This document shows, piece by piece, positions 27,030 through 39,540 of a stretch of 64,000 nt of DNA. The stretch is from assembly GCA_964016885.1 (NCBI GenBank), contig OZ024757.1, positions 5,270,001 to 5,334,000 of the forward strand, in the 5' to 3' direction. The stretch's first letter is position 1. Each line of letters opens with the position of its first letter. The position numbers and the translations under genes are program-made. The notes under the pieces are model-generated. The model was not told where the DNA came from. It saw only the letters and a program-made list of their open reading frames with translations, and did no database searches. Origin of the DNA: Eledone cirrhosa. Lineage: Eukaryota.

Positions 27030-27780
27030 ACTAACTGCTATACTGTACATTAGATAATGTAGTCCTAGATACACTATATCTGATAGCTACTATACTGTAC
27101 ATTATATAATGTAGTCCTAGATACACTATGTCTGATAGCCACTATTCTGTACATTATATAATGTAGTCCTAGGTACACTATGTCTGATAGACACTATACT
27201 GTACATTAGATAATGTAGTCCTAGGTACACTATGTCTGATAGCTATTATACTGTACATTAGATAATGTAGTCCTAGGTGCACTATGTCTGATAGCCACTA
27301 TACTGTACATTAGATAATGTAGTCCTAGGTACACTATGTCTGATAGACACTATACTGTACATTAGATAATATAGTCCTAGGTACACTATGTCTGATAGCC
27401 ACTATACTGTACATTAGATAATGTAGTCCTAGATACACTATGTCTGATAGCTACTATACTGTACATTAGGTAATGTAGTCCTAGGTACACTATGTCTGAT
27501 AGCCACTATACTGTACATTAGATAATGTAGTCCTAGGTACACTATGTCTGATAGACACTATACTATACATTATATAACGTAGTCCTAGATACACTATGTC
27601 TGATAGCCACTATACTGTACATTATATAATGTAGTCCTAGGTACACTATGTCGGATAACTACTATACTGTACATTAGATAATGTAGTCCTAGGTACACTA
27701 TGTCTTATAGCCAGTAATACTAACTACTGTACTGTAGATTAGATAATGTAGTACTAGATACAATATGTCTGATAGTCACT
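27030..27780. repeat. 52-bp minisatellite, about 14 copies
   Basis: tactgtacattagataatgtagtcctaggtacactatgtctgatagccacta. Confidence 0.95.
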
Positions 27781-28644
27781 AGTAAATACGTAGTTCTAAG
27801 GGAGATTCAGCGAGATGTATGACATGGCTTCCCTTTGAAATACATGTAGAACCCATCTTATATTATAATGTGTGAGTATTTCATTGACACGTATACCGTT
27901 GACATTGTTCTCAGGAAGATTCAGTGTGACAATTCTATGTAACAACGTTTCCACTATAATTACTGGTACAACTTATTATTTTTTCCAGCTGGGTGAAGTC
28001 AAACAATGAGAAATAATGTGTCTTGTTCAAGGCCTCAACGTACAGACCACCCGTCTGGGATTCGAACTCACGAACCATAGGTTCGGGGATTATGCGTGCT
28101 ATCCACGTGTAAACCCGGTTTCCTCCACACAAAATACACCGGAATAATTTAATCCGGATTAATTCACGAACAAGAATTACAATAAGTCGCTGAGAGTGAT
28201 CTCCCTTGGCTGACTTTAACATCTTTTCTTCCATTAGAAATTAATTTCTTTCATGTCCGACTGAAAGACTCTGGAGTTTTTACCTGTCTTGGGTTTAATT
28301 AATGAGGAATTTTGAGGTATTTATAACAACTATTAATTAGTTCATTACTGAGATATCATTGGAAGGATTTACTAAAGTTTTTAATTATTAATTATTTTAT
28401 TAGTAACTTAACATGTGGTTCTTGTATAAAATTATGTTGGAAGGTTTTAGGAAGAAGCTATGTAGCCGGTCCAGGTAAAATAGACTCCCATGCTATGTAG
28501 CTGGTAAGAGTGTCAGACTCCATGTGTTGCGGCCCTTTATGGTTTGAGTTAAGACAATTTAAAATCTTTTCAACCATCAATTGTTAAAAAACAAGTTAAA
28601 ATCATTTAGTCGTCCATTCGTAACGTACGTTACACTTTACTTAC

Positions 28645-29225
28645 ATACACATCTACTGTGTTATATACACACACATCTACTGTGTTACATAGACATCTAC
28701 TGTGTTACATACACACACAACTACTGTGTTATATATACACACACACTTCTACTGTGTTACACACACATATCTACTGAGTTATATACACATCTCCTATGTG
28801 ACATACACACATCTACTGTGTTACATACACACACATCTACTGTGTTACATAGACATCTACTGCGTTATATATACACATCTACTGTGTTACATACGCACAT
28901 CTACTGTGTTACATACACACACATCTACTGAGTTACATACACACACATCTACTGTGTTACACACACACACATCTACTGTGTTACACACACACATCTACTG
29001 TGTTACATTCACACACATCTACTGTGTTACATACACATATCTACTGAGTTACGCACACACATCTACTGTGTTACATACACACATCTACTGTGTAACTCAG
29101 ATCTGTGTATATGTAATACACACATCTACTGAGTTACATACACACACATGTACTGGGTTACATACACGCACATCTACTAAGTTACATACACACACATCTA
29201 CTGAGTTACATACAAACACATCTAT
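28645..29225. repeat. 20-24-bp minisatellite (acacacatctactgtgttacat)
   Basis: Direct reading; explains ORFs 28581-28931 and 28702-29229. Confidence 0.95.
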
Positions 29226-29596
29226 GTAATGATTGAGAAAGGAAAGGGGCTGGTGAAACGCTATAGCGATGTGTGTGTTGCGTACCTTTCAGGTTTACCG
29301 GCTTCGTAGCCTATTCGAAGATTTTATTATAATTATGAACCTCGTATTTCAATCAATTATGAATAATTTTGAGCTATCTCTCACAATTGTTAGTTAATTA
29401 ATAACATAGTAACTTAACATATGGTTGTTATATAGAATTTCGTTGGAAGACTTTAATTTAGATAGGAACCATTTCCATAGAACGAGAACCAATTCTGGTT
29501 GGGTTTCTACCAAAAGGGTAAATGAAGAATTTTAAACAATTTACTAAAATTATTAATTATTTCATTACTAAGATAATGTGTGAATACACAATTATA

Positions 29597-29659
<63 letters not shown>

Positions 29660-30298
29660 AGTATATATACAGTATATATATAGTACACAAAAGATGTAGT
29701 GGGATAATGAGTAATCTTAAGACAAGTCTGTCCAGATAGCTGCGCTGTAACTTACACTTATTGGGATAGTGTGTTGGCTAGCAGGCCTGTATTTTGGGAT
29801 CTAGCTGGTCCATTATGAGGGAGGTCTGGTTAGTTGGCAACACCATGCCTTACTTGTGGTATATGTATGTATAGAAATAAGTTATTGTATATGTATAACT
29901 GTCCATCTATATGTATAGATGTATATTTAGGTATGTGTTTACGTACATATATACATTTTCAGACGTATACACGTAAGAGAATATATATCTTTATATATAT
30001 ATATGTATATTTATAAATATATAAACATACATATGAGTGTATATAAATATATATGAAGAGGTCACAGAATGTCTGACGAAAGAACATTGACAATATATAA
30101 ACAGTCATCTGGTTGTGGAACCAACCAACCAACCGGAAATTTATAAATTCCTAAATTTATAAATTTATTATAATAAATTGAAGTGAAACAACTGGTGCGT
30201 GTGTTTCTTATTGGCAACATGGCCCTCCCAAAGTATAACAATATCCGTTTCAACACACGTTTTCAGATAAAGAATCCTGCTAAACAAATTCAGAAACG

Positions 30299-30345
<47 letters not shown>

Positions 30346-30381
30346 TCACATTAATATATATATGTATATATAAAATATATA

Positions 30382-30459
30382 CAGGGTCTCCCTCAAAAAT
30401 GTATACACACTCCAACTACAGTCTATGTAAATGTGTATACATATTTTAGGGACACCCTG
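30382..30459. mobile_element. Tc1/mariner-type mini MITE
   Basis: ta-CAGGGTCTCCC...GGGACACCCTG-ta, i.e. TIRs with TA flanks. Confidence 0.7.
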
Positions 30460-32489
30460 TATATATACATATCATGTAACGTGACTCCTACTATTATTGG
30501 TTGTACAGATCGTCACAGATGAAAATCTTTATTTCGACCAAGATTGAATATTTAATGGAATTAAGTGGAATTAGGAAATAAGACAATAAAACAGTGAAAT
30601 GGAGACATAAGAGGTAGAGAGTAAAAGAAGAGAGGGGAGAGAGAATTAACACAGTTTTGTTTTTCTATCTCTCTCACTTCTCCTTCTTACATATATTATT
30701 GTCTCTTACTACTCCTCATAAAAGCAGGTCTGACCCTTAGTCTGAATTATATCTACTTATGTAGGTTTAACTTTACCAAGATTACCGAATCACTGCTCGA
30801 ACTTGGGGCTTCTGAAACTAACTTATTGTGTGAGCAGATGTTGGATGAGAATCTTCAATAAAAATATGGAGATGCAAAGCGATAGATCTTTCTTTTTGTT
30901 TGTATTTGAATTAATTTTTCCGTGTTTTCTTTTCTTTTGCTTGTAAATACAACCCACGTGTTGTAAGAGTGGTTGAGTTACTGCAGTGTTAATGCTTCAG
31001 TGTGTGGAAGCCAGGTGAACAGAGCAGAAATCTTGTTGAGAGATGTACCGGTACCAACCACATAATTATGGAGATAACGTTCAGATGAGTAATAAATTGT
31101 GGAATGTCCTAGCTTTCGTCCTGGTAAGGCTAAGTAGGCTTTTTGCTGTGTTACCTTAGGTTTGTAAGGACTATTTAAGTCAATATTTCAGTGATTGATT
31201 TCTTGTTTTTGGTGGGTAGTCGCACGTGGTTGTATGTGTTGCTTATGTTGACTTAAGGGGAGCCCTGCAAAACCCGTCCAGTAGCGACGGCTGCCTAGAC
31301 AGAATTTTGAGATGTATCAAAAACAGTGGAGGAGAAATAAATATAATACATTCACGAAACACGTGTTGCACGTGATTACGAATAAAATGTCAAAATGAAA
31401 CTTGGATACTCAATCTTGATATATATTTCATTTGGGAACTAACCCTCGTTTAGTACCCTATTGTCTTTAAACTGCGGCTTAAAGCAGCCCACTAAACAAT
31501 CCCTTTCTAATTCAAGAAGGTATGTGACCTGAAAGAAATTTGGCTGCTATTTCCAACAGGTCAAGTAACCACATAGAGGTTTTCACTCCTTCTCTCGAAA
31601 CAAACATATTTGTTATTGTTAGTGGTTTTAGTCAAAAAGTTGTTGTTGAAATCAGTAATTTTTTACAGGAAAGTTAGGATTAACTAATGAACTTGATACA
31701 ATTGAGTGAGGGAAGATTTTAGCTGGCCAACATAGAAAACACTTTATAAATGAGACAGAACACTTTGTGGAATAATTATTTCAATGATTCTTTTCTACCT
31801 TTTCCTTTCAACATTCTCTTTCATTTCACTTGTTTTTCCTTCTTTTCTTTAACCTTCTTATTAGATTATATGTTGTCTTATATTTTCACTTGGACTCTAT
31901 ACTTCTCTGTGTTATATATATAAGGTTCCATGTGAAACACCATAACTAGAATACAATTGAACAACAAACAAACGATTTGATTCGGTTATAAAGAATTTGG
32001 GTTACAACGAATTATCTTTATACTCCGTGAATTTCTTTATAACGGAATTTCCCTGTATATATGGTGTGTGTGCATGTATATATATATATATATATAAATA
32101 TATATATATAGCAAGAAGGAGAATGATATTCTGGCGGTTTTCGAGCTTATTCTGAAGTCTGTACAAAAGACTTGCTGTGTTGATTGTTCAACTAAACGTA
32201 AGAGTTTAAAGAAGAATCTGTAATGGATAATTTCACTGCTATTTCTAGCAGGGTACGAGACTACGTAGATATATAATTGATATTTTACTGAGTGATACTT
32301 TCTGATTTACCATCAATTAAATATGATCGGAACTGTCTGAATGTATTAAATTATATCAGGGAATTTTAACTAATGACACCGGTAAGGGAGTTAAATCATT
32401 TCCAATGACACCGAGTATTTGCTGTCTTCAATATAACTTTAATTAATCTAATATATATACACAATATATATATATTAATCTAATATATA

Positions 32490-32900
32490 TACACAATTTT
32501 CTCTCCCCGACATCAGTCTTACACTGTCATATCTATTCTTACTTTACAATTGTGTCTACTAAGAGTTCCATTACAATCTGTAGTAGTAAAACTACTATTT
32601 CACCAGAACATCTGCTATCAGTCATTTATAGACAATATATATATTTTAGACCACATATCAACCTAATATATATATATTTCCTATCTAATCTGTAGCTAAA
32701 GACATAAAGTCAGCCTCACTACTTCATTCTGACAAGATATCAATTTATGACTAAAGATGAAGAAGATACACCAACGTTAATGTCGTGAAATAAAGCTGAT
32801 AACATTGAAACTTCTAATTTGATAACAAAGAGATTATTTCTTTGGTTGTTTAGTAACAACTAACAACTCAACACATTGATTATATCTGAAGGAGGTAAGT
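32490..32900 (+). other. Repeated upstream-exon module, copy 2 (donor GT at 32895)
   Basis: Near-identical to copies 1, 3 and 4; homology with copy 4 extends upstream to about 32235. Confidence 0.6.
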
Positions 32901-33302
32901 TGACAAAGATTTACTTAATGTCTATATTAATGTGTGTAAATAATATAATTATGTGAAGCCTACAACGATACGGTAATTAACCAGATTCCACTGTTACATG
33001 TGATATAAAATATATTGTTATCATGACTGTCATTATTATTTAAATTACCTCCGTCTATTTAATTATGTGGTTCACTACCTTACATTATAAAATATAGTTT
33101 ATAGTCAACTGTACCTTGTCATTGCTTTAAGTAAGTTAAAGATATATTTATTATTTAAATTACCTCCGTCTATTTAATTATGTGGTTCACTACCTTACAT
33201 TATAAAATATAGTTTATATTTAGCTGTACCTTGTTGTTGTTTCAGGGAAGTTTTGTTCGTTTTAGTCTAAATCTATCTTGATTTAATTTACTTCATCTAC
33301 AC

Positions 33303-33708
33303 CACAGGTTCTCAACCCATTTAGGACAAACGCCCCCTTTTGTCCCTCGAATTCGTGAAACGCCCCCCCCCCCCCCTCCCCCCTATTTTTTCAATTTTTC
33401 AATATACTACTGATTTTTATATCAGTAGTTTACTAAAAAATTGATTAACAATATTCCAAACACGTGTGTATTATCTGATTATGTGCTGTATGTGGTCCTA
33501 GACGTGTGTATTATCTGATTATGTGTTGTATGTGGTCCTAGATGTGTGTATTATCTGATTATGTGTTGTATGTGGTCCTAGATGTGTGTATTATCTGATT
33601 ATGTGTTGTATGTGGTCCTAGATGTGTGTATTATCTGATTATGTGTTGTATGTAGTCCTAGATGTGTGTTCTACTCGCTGTGCATATGCCCCCCATTGAG
33701 AACCTTTG
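33303..33708. mobile_element. hAT (Charlie-like) MITE with an internal 40-bp tandem repeat
   Basis: TIRs cacaggttctcaa / ttgagaacctttg; perfect 8-bp TSD atctacac (33295-302, 33709-16); five 40-bp units at 33462-33670. Confidence 0.85.
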
Positions 33709-33716
33709 ATCTACAC

Positions 33717-35090
33717 CATCATCATCGTTTTACGTCCGTTTTTCAATCCTGGCATAGGTTGGTGGGTCCTTTTAAGCACATCTCCCCACTCGCTTGTTCC
33801 TTCGTCTTCTGTGAGTCTCAGCAATTTGAGATCAGCTCTCACCACATCTACCCTCGGCTCCCTCTAGTATGGCTTCCCTTCTCTGGTTTTCCGTGGCACT
33901 TCTTTAACCAGTGATTACCAATTACTTCCTCATTTTATCCAAGCTCTGCCTTCCTCTCACATTTACGTTGCACACCCAACAAAGCATGGTTGCTCTATTT
34001 CTCTCCAGCTTATGCACGTCTTCTGCAGTTACTGCCCATTTTCACTTCCATGCAATATTGCACTTTACACACAAGCATTGTACAGCCAACATCTTTGTAC
34101 GTAGGGAGAAACTTTATTTGCCAACAGTGTAAGTAGCTCTCTAAACTTCAATCCTATCCTCTCTTACGAGGCACCCTCCTCTGCTGCGAATTAGGTTACC
34201 TAGATAGCGGAAGCTATAATTGTGTACAGTTTATTCCTACTTCTTTCCTACATATGCAGTAGGGTCGCTTATTCTCTAGTTCTTTTATGGATTCAGCTAT
34301 AAGGACCAGATCATTCACATAGACTGTTTCCCGTGAACAGCCAGTCTTAAACCCATTGGTTATGGCCTGGAGAACTATGATGAACAGCAGTGGGTTGTGA
34401 ACTGAACCATGATGAACACCTACTTGTACATTGAATTCTTCACTAAACTCCCTTCCTACTCTCGCTTTACTGACAGCTCCTCTGTACATGGCTTGCACTG
34501 CTCTCAAAAGCCATTCTCCACCTAATTTTCTGAAGGACCACCAGATAATAAAGTAAGGTACTCTGTCAAAGGCCTTTTCTAGATCTATGAAAGCTAAATA
34601 TTGCAGCTTAATCTTGGCTAGGAACCTCTCTTGTAGTTGTCACTAACAAGTTTCATCAGTAATTCCAAAGAGAATGTCAATTATATGTGTATGTGTGTTG
34701 AACAATGAACAGAAAACAAAAGTCTAAGATTGCTTCTTAATTTATTCTCTACATTCATCAATCTCTCATAGTAACATTTCTAGGCCTCTTTCTTTTGAGC
34801 ATCAGTGGTGCTAAGTGTACCAATGTCATTTCTAACACACCTTTCCCTGTCTTGCAATGTGGAACACTTCACACCTCTCATTCTCATGTCTCAACACATT
34901 GGCAAACTTTCTTTTTTCAGCCTCTATCTGTGTTATGTATACCTGTCTTCTAGCTTCTCTCTTAGCTACCTGGTCCTGGTCTGACGCCCCTATTTTTCCA
35001 GTCTTTCCATGCCTGTCACTTGTCTTTAACCCTTTATCATTTAAACTGGCCATATCCAGCCAGAATTCTCTCACTTCTTTCTGTTCAAAC
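33717..35090 (-). mobile_element. Old, deleted RTE LINE copy
   Basis: GVHHGSVHNPLLF (34214-34507) and AKREARRQVY (34832-35074). Confidence 0.8.
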
Positions 35091-35109
35091 CGGCTGTAAC
35101 TCGCTGCTC

Positions 35110-38100
35110 ATCATCATCATCATCATCATCAGGTTTAGCGTCCGTGTTCCACGCTTGCATGGGTTTGGACGGGGGTTTTCCCACTTGAGGCAAGAGTGGT
35201 TGTCTTGCTCGCATAGGACTGTCTGGCGGGTTTTCTACAGTTGGATGCCCTTCCTAACACCAACCACATTTACAGTGTGGGGCTGGGAGGTTTTTACCGT
35301 GTTGCCTACACGGCCACATTACAGCGTGGACTGTCTGGCTGGTTTTCTACAGCTGGATGCCCTTCCTAACACCAACCACATTTACAGTGTGGGGCTGGGA
35401 GGTTTTTACCGTGTTGCCTACACGGCCACATTTACAGCGTGGACTGTGTGTTTTTTGTCGTGACACCTACACGATCTCATTTGTTTCGGCCTGGATGTTG
35501 TGGGACCAACATAACTTTGCATTGAAAGGGGCGGTGTGGGTGGGGTGGAGGTGGTGGGACGGGGGTGTGTTTTGATAGAGGTGCCTACTGACTGTAGTAG
35601 GTTTTTACTTTGTATTTAGGTAAGGCGGGTCTTCTCTATTACTGAGTACCGCCAAAGGTCTCGGTCCAGTGACATTGTCTTGGAGAGGTGTAAGCGTGTG
35701 AGGTCGGAATTTATCAGCTCGTCCCATGTTTTTCTGGGTCTGCCTACTCCGTGGCTACCGTCTATCTTTATTGCCCTGCACTTTGTTATACAGCTGTCGT
35801 CTTTCATGCGCATCACGTGACCGTACCAACGTAGCCTTCTCTCGAGTAAACAACATCTGATCCCTCTTATTTCTAATTTTTTCCTTAGTTCGTTTATGCT
35901 TTGCCGTTCACGTATATTACTATTGCACATCCAGCGGAGCATGCAAGCTTCGTTCCTCTCTAGTCTGCGTATATCCTCTGCACACAATGCCCAGGTCTCA
36001 CTGCCATGCAGCATTGCTGTTCGTATGCAGGCATCGTATAACCTGCCTTTCATTTTTAGGGAGAACCCTCTAGCGGCTAATAGTGGTATAAGCTCTCTGA
36101 ACTTTTTCCATCCAGTTCTGACTCTAGCTACTGTACTTTCAGAGCACCCTCCCCCACTGCTGATTTTGTCACCCAGATAACGGAAGCTGTCCACTATTTC
36201 TATAGAACCCTCTGCGCAGTTGAAGGAGCTAGTATTTTGTGGGCACTTGCTGCTACTTATTGCACCAGAGCACCGGCCACATGTAAAATCTATGTTCTTA
36301 GTTAGCTTACCTGTGATCCCACTACATCTTTTATGCACCCATACTTTGCATTTGGGACATAAAATGGAGTTTCTACCTACGCCTTTCCTACACACTGAGC
36401 ATGGCCATTTCCCCGATGGGACCGCCGCCTTATTTTCTTTCCTACAAACTAGAACTTTAGTCTTAGCCAGGTTAATTTTAAGGCCTTTTGATTCTAGGCC
36501 GTGCTTCCACGTTTGGAATTTCTTCTCTAGTTCGGTCATTGATTCAGCTATGAGCGTTAGATCATCTGCGTATAGGAGTTCCCATGGGCAGCCGGTCTTG
36601 AACTCCTCTGTTATAGCCTGAAGGGCAATAATAAATAGTAGGGGGCTAAGTACAGAGCCCTGATGGACACCAACTTTTACGCTAAACTCTTCACTATATT
36701 CGTTGTTAATTCTAACCTTACTGACTGTTTCTTTATACATGGCTTGTATAGCTCTCACAAGCCATTCGTCAACACCTAGTTTTCTAAGAGACCACCAGAT
36801 AATGGAACGGGGGACTCTGTCGAAGGCTTTCTCCAAGTCGACAAAAGCTAAGTATAGGGGTTTACTTTTAGCTAGGTACTTCTCCTGTAGTTGTCGTACA
36901 ATGAAAAGAGCGTCTGTGGTACTTTTGCCTGACACAAACCCGAACTGCATTTCATCTAGATCAATTCTCTCTCTGATTAGTTGCGCTATTACTTTTTCCG
37001 TGACCTTCATGACCTGGTCGATTAATTTAATGCCTCTATAGTTACTCCTATCTAGGGCATCTCCTTTTCCCTTATAGCAGTTAACGATGATGCTGCTACG
37101 CCATTCCTTCGGAACAACCCCATTCTGTACGACTTGGTTAACTATCCGGGTGACCATGGTGTGTCCCACCGAACCAGATGCCTTCAGCATCTCAGCAACT
37201 ATTTCCGAAGGCCCAGCCGCCTTACCCGTCTTCATATCTTTGATTGCCTTACTTATTATACTACCTTCAACTAACACTGCTGGTCCCTCTATTGGATCGA
37301 TCTGGGGGAGACTGTCTTTCTCCCATTTGTTCTCCTCATTTAGAAGCCTTTCGTAGTGACACTTCCAAGCTACCTTCTTATCAGCGTCGGTGATGGCAAG
37401 TATGCCATCATCGTTAAGTACACACTTCTCCCCGACAATATCACGGTTTTCCTTGACACATTGCCTGGCAATCCTGAACACCTCACGTTTTTGGTCCTCA
37501 CGTTGTAGAACATGCTTGAACTTTCTTTCCTCTGCTTCCCTTCTTGCGAAGTACACTTGTCTCCTAGCTTCCCTCCTGGCCACTTGATAGTCTTCTCTAC
37601 TTCCCCCATCCCGCCATACTTTCCAAGCCTGCTTTTTGGCCTTAATTGACTCCTCCACCTTACTGTTCCACCACCATGTTACTCTCCTCCTACCTACAGG
37701 CCTGCTCCAGCCACAGACTTCGTCTGCCGCCGTCAGCAGGTTTGCTCTCAGGAATTCCCACTGTTCCTCTATATTATACGACTCTAATTGCTCTTCCTTA
37801 CTGTCGAAAGCGTCAAGTAATTTGCTTTGAAATTTATTTCTGGCTATGGGGTCCTTTAGCTTCCATATTTTTCTCCTGAGGATAGTCCTCTTTCGCTGTC
37901 TAGTACGTCTCGTCCTGACTATGAGGTCGCTAATTATCAGTCTATGTTGGGAGGTGAATTCTTCATGGGGGTGGGATTTAGTGTTAACAACAGACACTCT
38001 GTCACGTCTTCTGGTAAGGATATAATCTACCTGGCTTGTGTGTTCCCCCGATCTATAGGTGATCAAGTGATTGTCTCGTTTTTTGAAGTTAGTGTTACAG

Positions 38101-38940
38101 ATAGTTAAGTTATTTGCGTCGCAGAATTCCAGGATTCTGGAGCCTTCCTCATTTCTAGTACCGAACCCATAGCCTCCATGGATTCCGTCATAGCCGTCAC
38201 AATGTTGTCCAACGTGACCATTTAGGTCGCCTGCAATAACTATATAGTCACTGTCGGTTATTTGGGAGGTAGCGAGCATCAGTGTCTCGTAGAATCTGTC
38301 TTTTATAGCGCGGGGCTGTCCGGATTGGGGTGCGTACGCAGATATTACTGTCACCGTAGTTTTATTGAGGACAAGTCTTATTTTAATTATTCTGTCGTTC
38401 ACTCTATTTACGTCTATTATCTTATCTGCCCACTTTTCTGCTACCATGATTCCTACCCCACCCAACCCATTGTCATTTCCCACCCAGAAAAGCTTATAGC
38501 ATCGCTCTTTACCCACGATGAATCTAGCCGACCCTCCCCTCCACCTGGTCTCTTGAATACAACAAACATCGACCTCCTTACGTTCAAGCATTTCTACAAC
38601 CTCGTTAGAGCGACCCTTTAAGGTGCCTACATTCATGGTACCAACTCTGAAGTTTTGGATTGCGTTTGGAGGGTGGGCGCGGGGGGGGGATGGGGTTATG
38701 TTAGCCATCCTGGGCCGAAACAAGGAGGAGTGCTTGCATTCTCGTCCACGAGGTGAATTTGGCTTTATCTTTGGCATTGTCGCTGAGCGTCCACATTTTT
38801 CTCTCTTCAACTCTCCAGGATTCCGTAGTCCATCCATCATATCGAAAAGCAACCAGTTAAGCGATAGTATGGGCCTCTGACTTATGATTGGTCCACGTAA
38901 TAATGGTGGTACGTGGGGGCGGGAGGGAGGGCTGATGGGT
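35110..38940 (-). mobile_element. Apparently full-length RTE-clade LINE (5' boundary uncertain, may extend to about 41020)
   Basis: Single long ORF, about 500-bp 3'UTR with an internal duplication, and a (GAT)n tail at 35110-35130. Confidence 0.92.
35616..38840 (-). CDS. RTE LINE protein: AP endonuclease, reverse transcriptase and inserted Cys/His finger
   Basis: APE motifs GTMNVGTL, CIQETRW, SAYAPQ, AGDLNGH, VDYIL, SQHR; RT motifs QFGF, FVDLEKAFDRV, GVHQGSVLSPLLF, LYADD, FRYLG; C-terminal LRWYGHVMR/GRPRKTW. First ATG at 38840 (the track starts at a TTG at 38852). Confidence 0.95.
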   Translation of the reverse strand: MMDGLRNPGELKREKCGRSATMPKIKPNSPRGRECKHSSLFRPRMANITPSPPRAHPPNAIQNFRVGTMNVGTLKGRSNEVVEMLERKEVDVCCIQETRWRGGSARFIVGKERCYKLFWVGNDNGLGGVGIMVAEKWADKIIDVNRVNDRIIKIRLVLNKTTVTVISAYAPQSGQPRAIKDRFYETLMLATSQITDSDYIVIAGDLNGHVGQHCDGYDGIHGGYGFGTRNEEGSRILEFCDANNLTICNTNFKKRDNHLITYRSGEHTSQVDYILTRRRDRVSVVNTKSHPHEEFTSQHRLIISDLIVRTRRTRQRKRTILRRKIWKLKDPIARNKFQSKLLDAFDSKEEQLESYNIEEQWEFLRANLLTAADEVCGWSRPVGRRRVTWWWNSKVEESIKAKKQAWKVWRDGGSREDYQVARREARRQVYFARREAEERKFKHVLQREDQKREVFRIARQCVKENRDIVGEKCVLNDDGILAITDADKKVAWKCHYERLLNEENKWEKDSLPQIDPIEGPAVLVEGSIISKAIKDMKTGKAAGPSEIVAEMLKASGSVGHTMVTRIVNQVVQNGVVPKEWRSSIIVNCYKGKGDALDRSNYRGIKLIDQVMKVTEKVIAQLIRERIDLDEMQFGFVSGKSTTDALFIVRQLQEKYLAKSKPLYLAFVDLEKAFDRVPRSIIWWSLRKLGVDEWLVRAIQAMYKETVSKVRINNEYSEEFSVKVGVHQGSVLSPLLFIIALQAITEEFKTGCPWELLYADDLTLIAESMTELEKKFQTWKHGLESKGLKINLAKTKVLVCRKENKAAVPSGKWPCSVCRKGVGRNSILCPKCKVWVHKRCSGITGKLTKNIDFTCGRCSGAISSSKCPQNTSSFNCAEGSIEIVDSFRYLGDKISSGGGCSESTVARVRTGWKKFRELIPLLAARGFSLKMKGRLYDACIRTAMLHGSETWALCAEDIRRLERNEACMLRWMCNSNIRERQSINELRKKLEIRGIRCCLLERRLRWYGHVMRMKDDSCITKCRAIKIDGSHGVGRPRKTWDELINSDLTRLHLSKTMSLDRDLWRYSVIEKTRLT

Positions 38941-38944
38941 TGTT

Positions 38945-39540
38945 AGCGAGAATGTAAGGTTTAAGATAAGATCGCCGTATTTTGGGCATGATTTAACAAT
39001 AAACGAAATACAAGATTTGTTTTGTTTAAGAAATTACGATAGAGAAAATGCGGTGATAGGGAAAGCGAGAATGTAAGGTTTAAGATAAGATCGCCGTATT
39101 TTGGGCATGATTTAACAATAAACGAAATACAAGATTTGTTTTGTTTAAGAAATTACGATAGAGAAAATGCGGTGATAGGGAAAGCGAGAATGTAAGGTTT
39201 AAGATAAGATCGCCGTATTTTGGGCATGATTTAACAATAAACGAAATACAAGATTTGTTTTGTTTAAGAAATTACGATAGAGAAAATGCGGTGATAGGGA
39301 AAGCGAGAATGTAAGGTTTAAGATAAGATCGCCGTATTTTGGGCATGATTTAACAATAAACGAAATACAAGATTTGTTTTGTTTAAGAAATTACGATAGA
39401 GAAAATGCGGTGATAGGGAAAGCGAGAATGTAAGGTTTAAGATAAGATCGCCGTATTTTGGGCATGATTTAACAATAAACGAAATACAAGATTTGTTTTG
39501 TTTAAGAAATTACGATAGAGAAAATGCGGTGATAGGGAAA
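38945..39540. repeat. 119-bp tandem repeat, 5 copies
   Basis: agcgagaatgtaagg begins at 38945, 39064, 39183, 39302 and 39421. Confidence 0.95.

Noticed and set aside
27030-27780. Regular repeats that could be mistaken for a CRISPR array (also 28645-29225 and 49070-50240)
   Set aside because: Head-to-tail units without unique spacers, no cas genes, eukaryotic context.
27938-28630. TGTAAC...GTTACA bounded segment as a solo LTR
   Set aside because: No TSD and it contains SINE-like sequence; unresolved.
30476-31380. Possible LTR-like segment starting tgtaacgtg
   Set aside because: No matching CA terminus or TSD could be identified.
35896-38880. Plus-strand ORFs overlapping the RTE ORF
   Set aside because: Antisense shadows of the LINE coding sequence.
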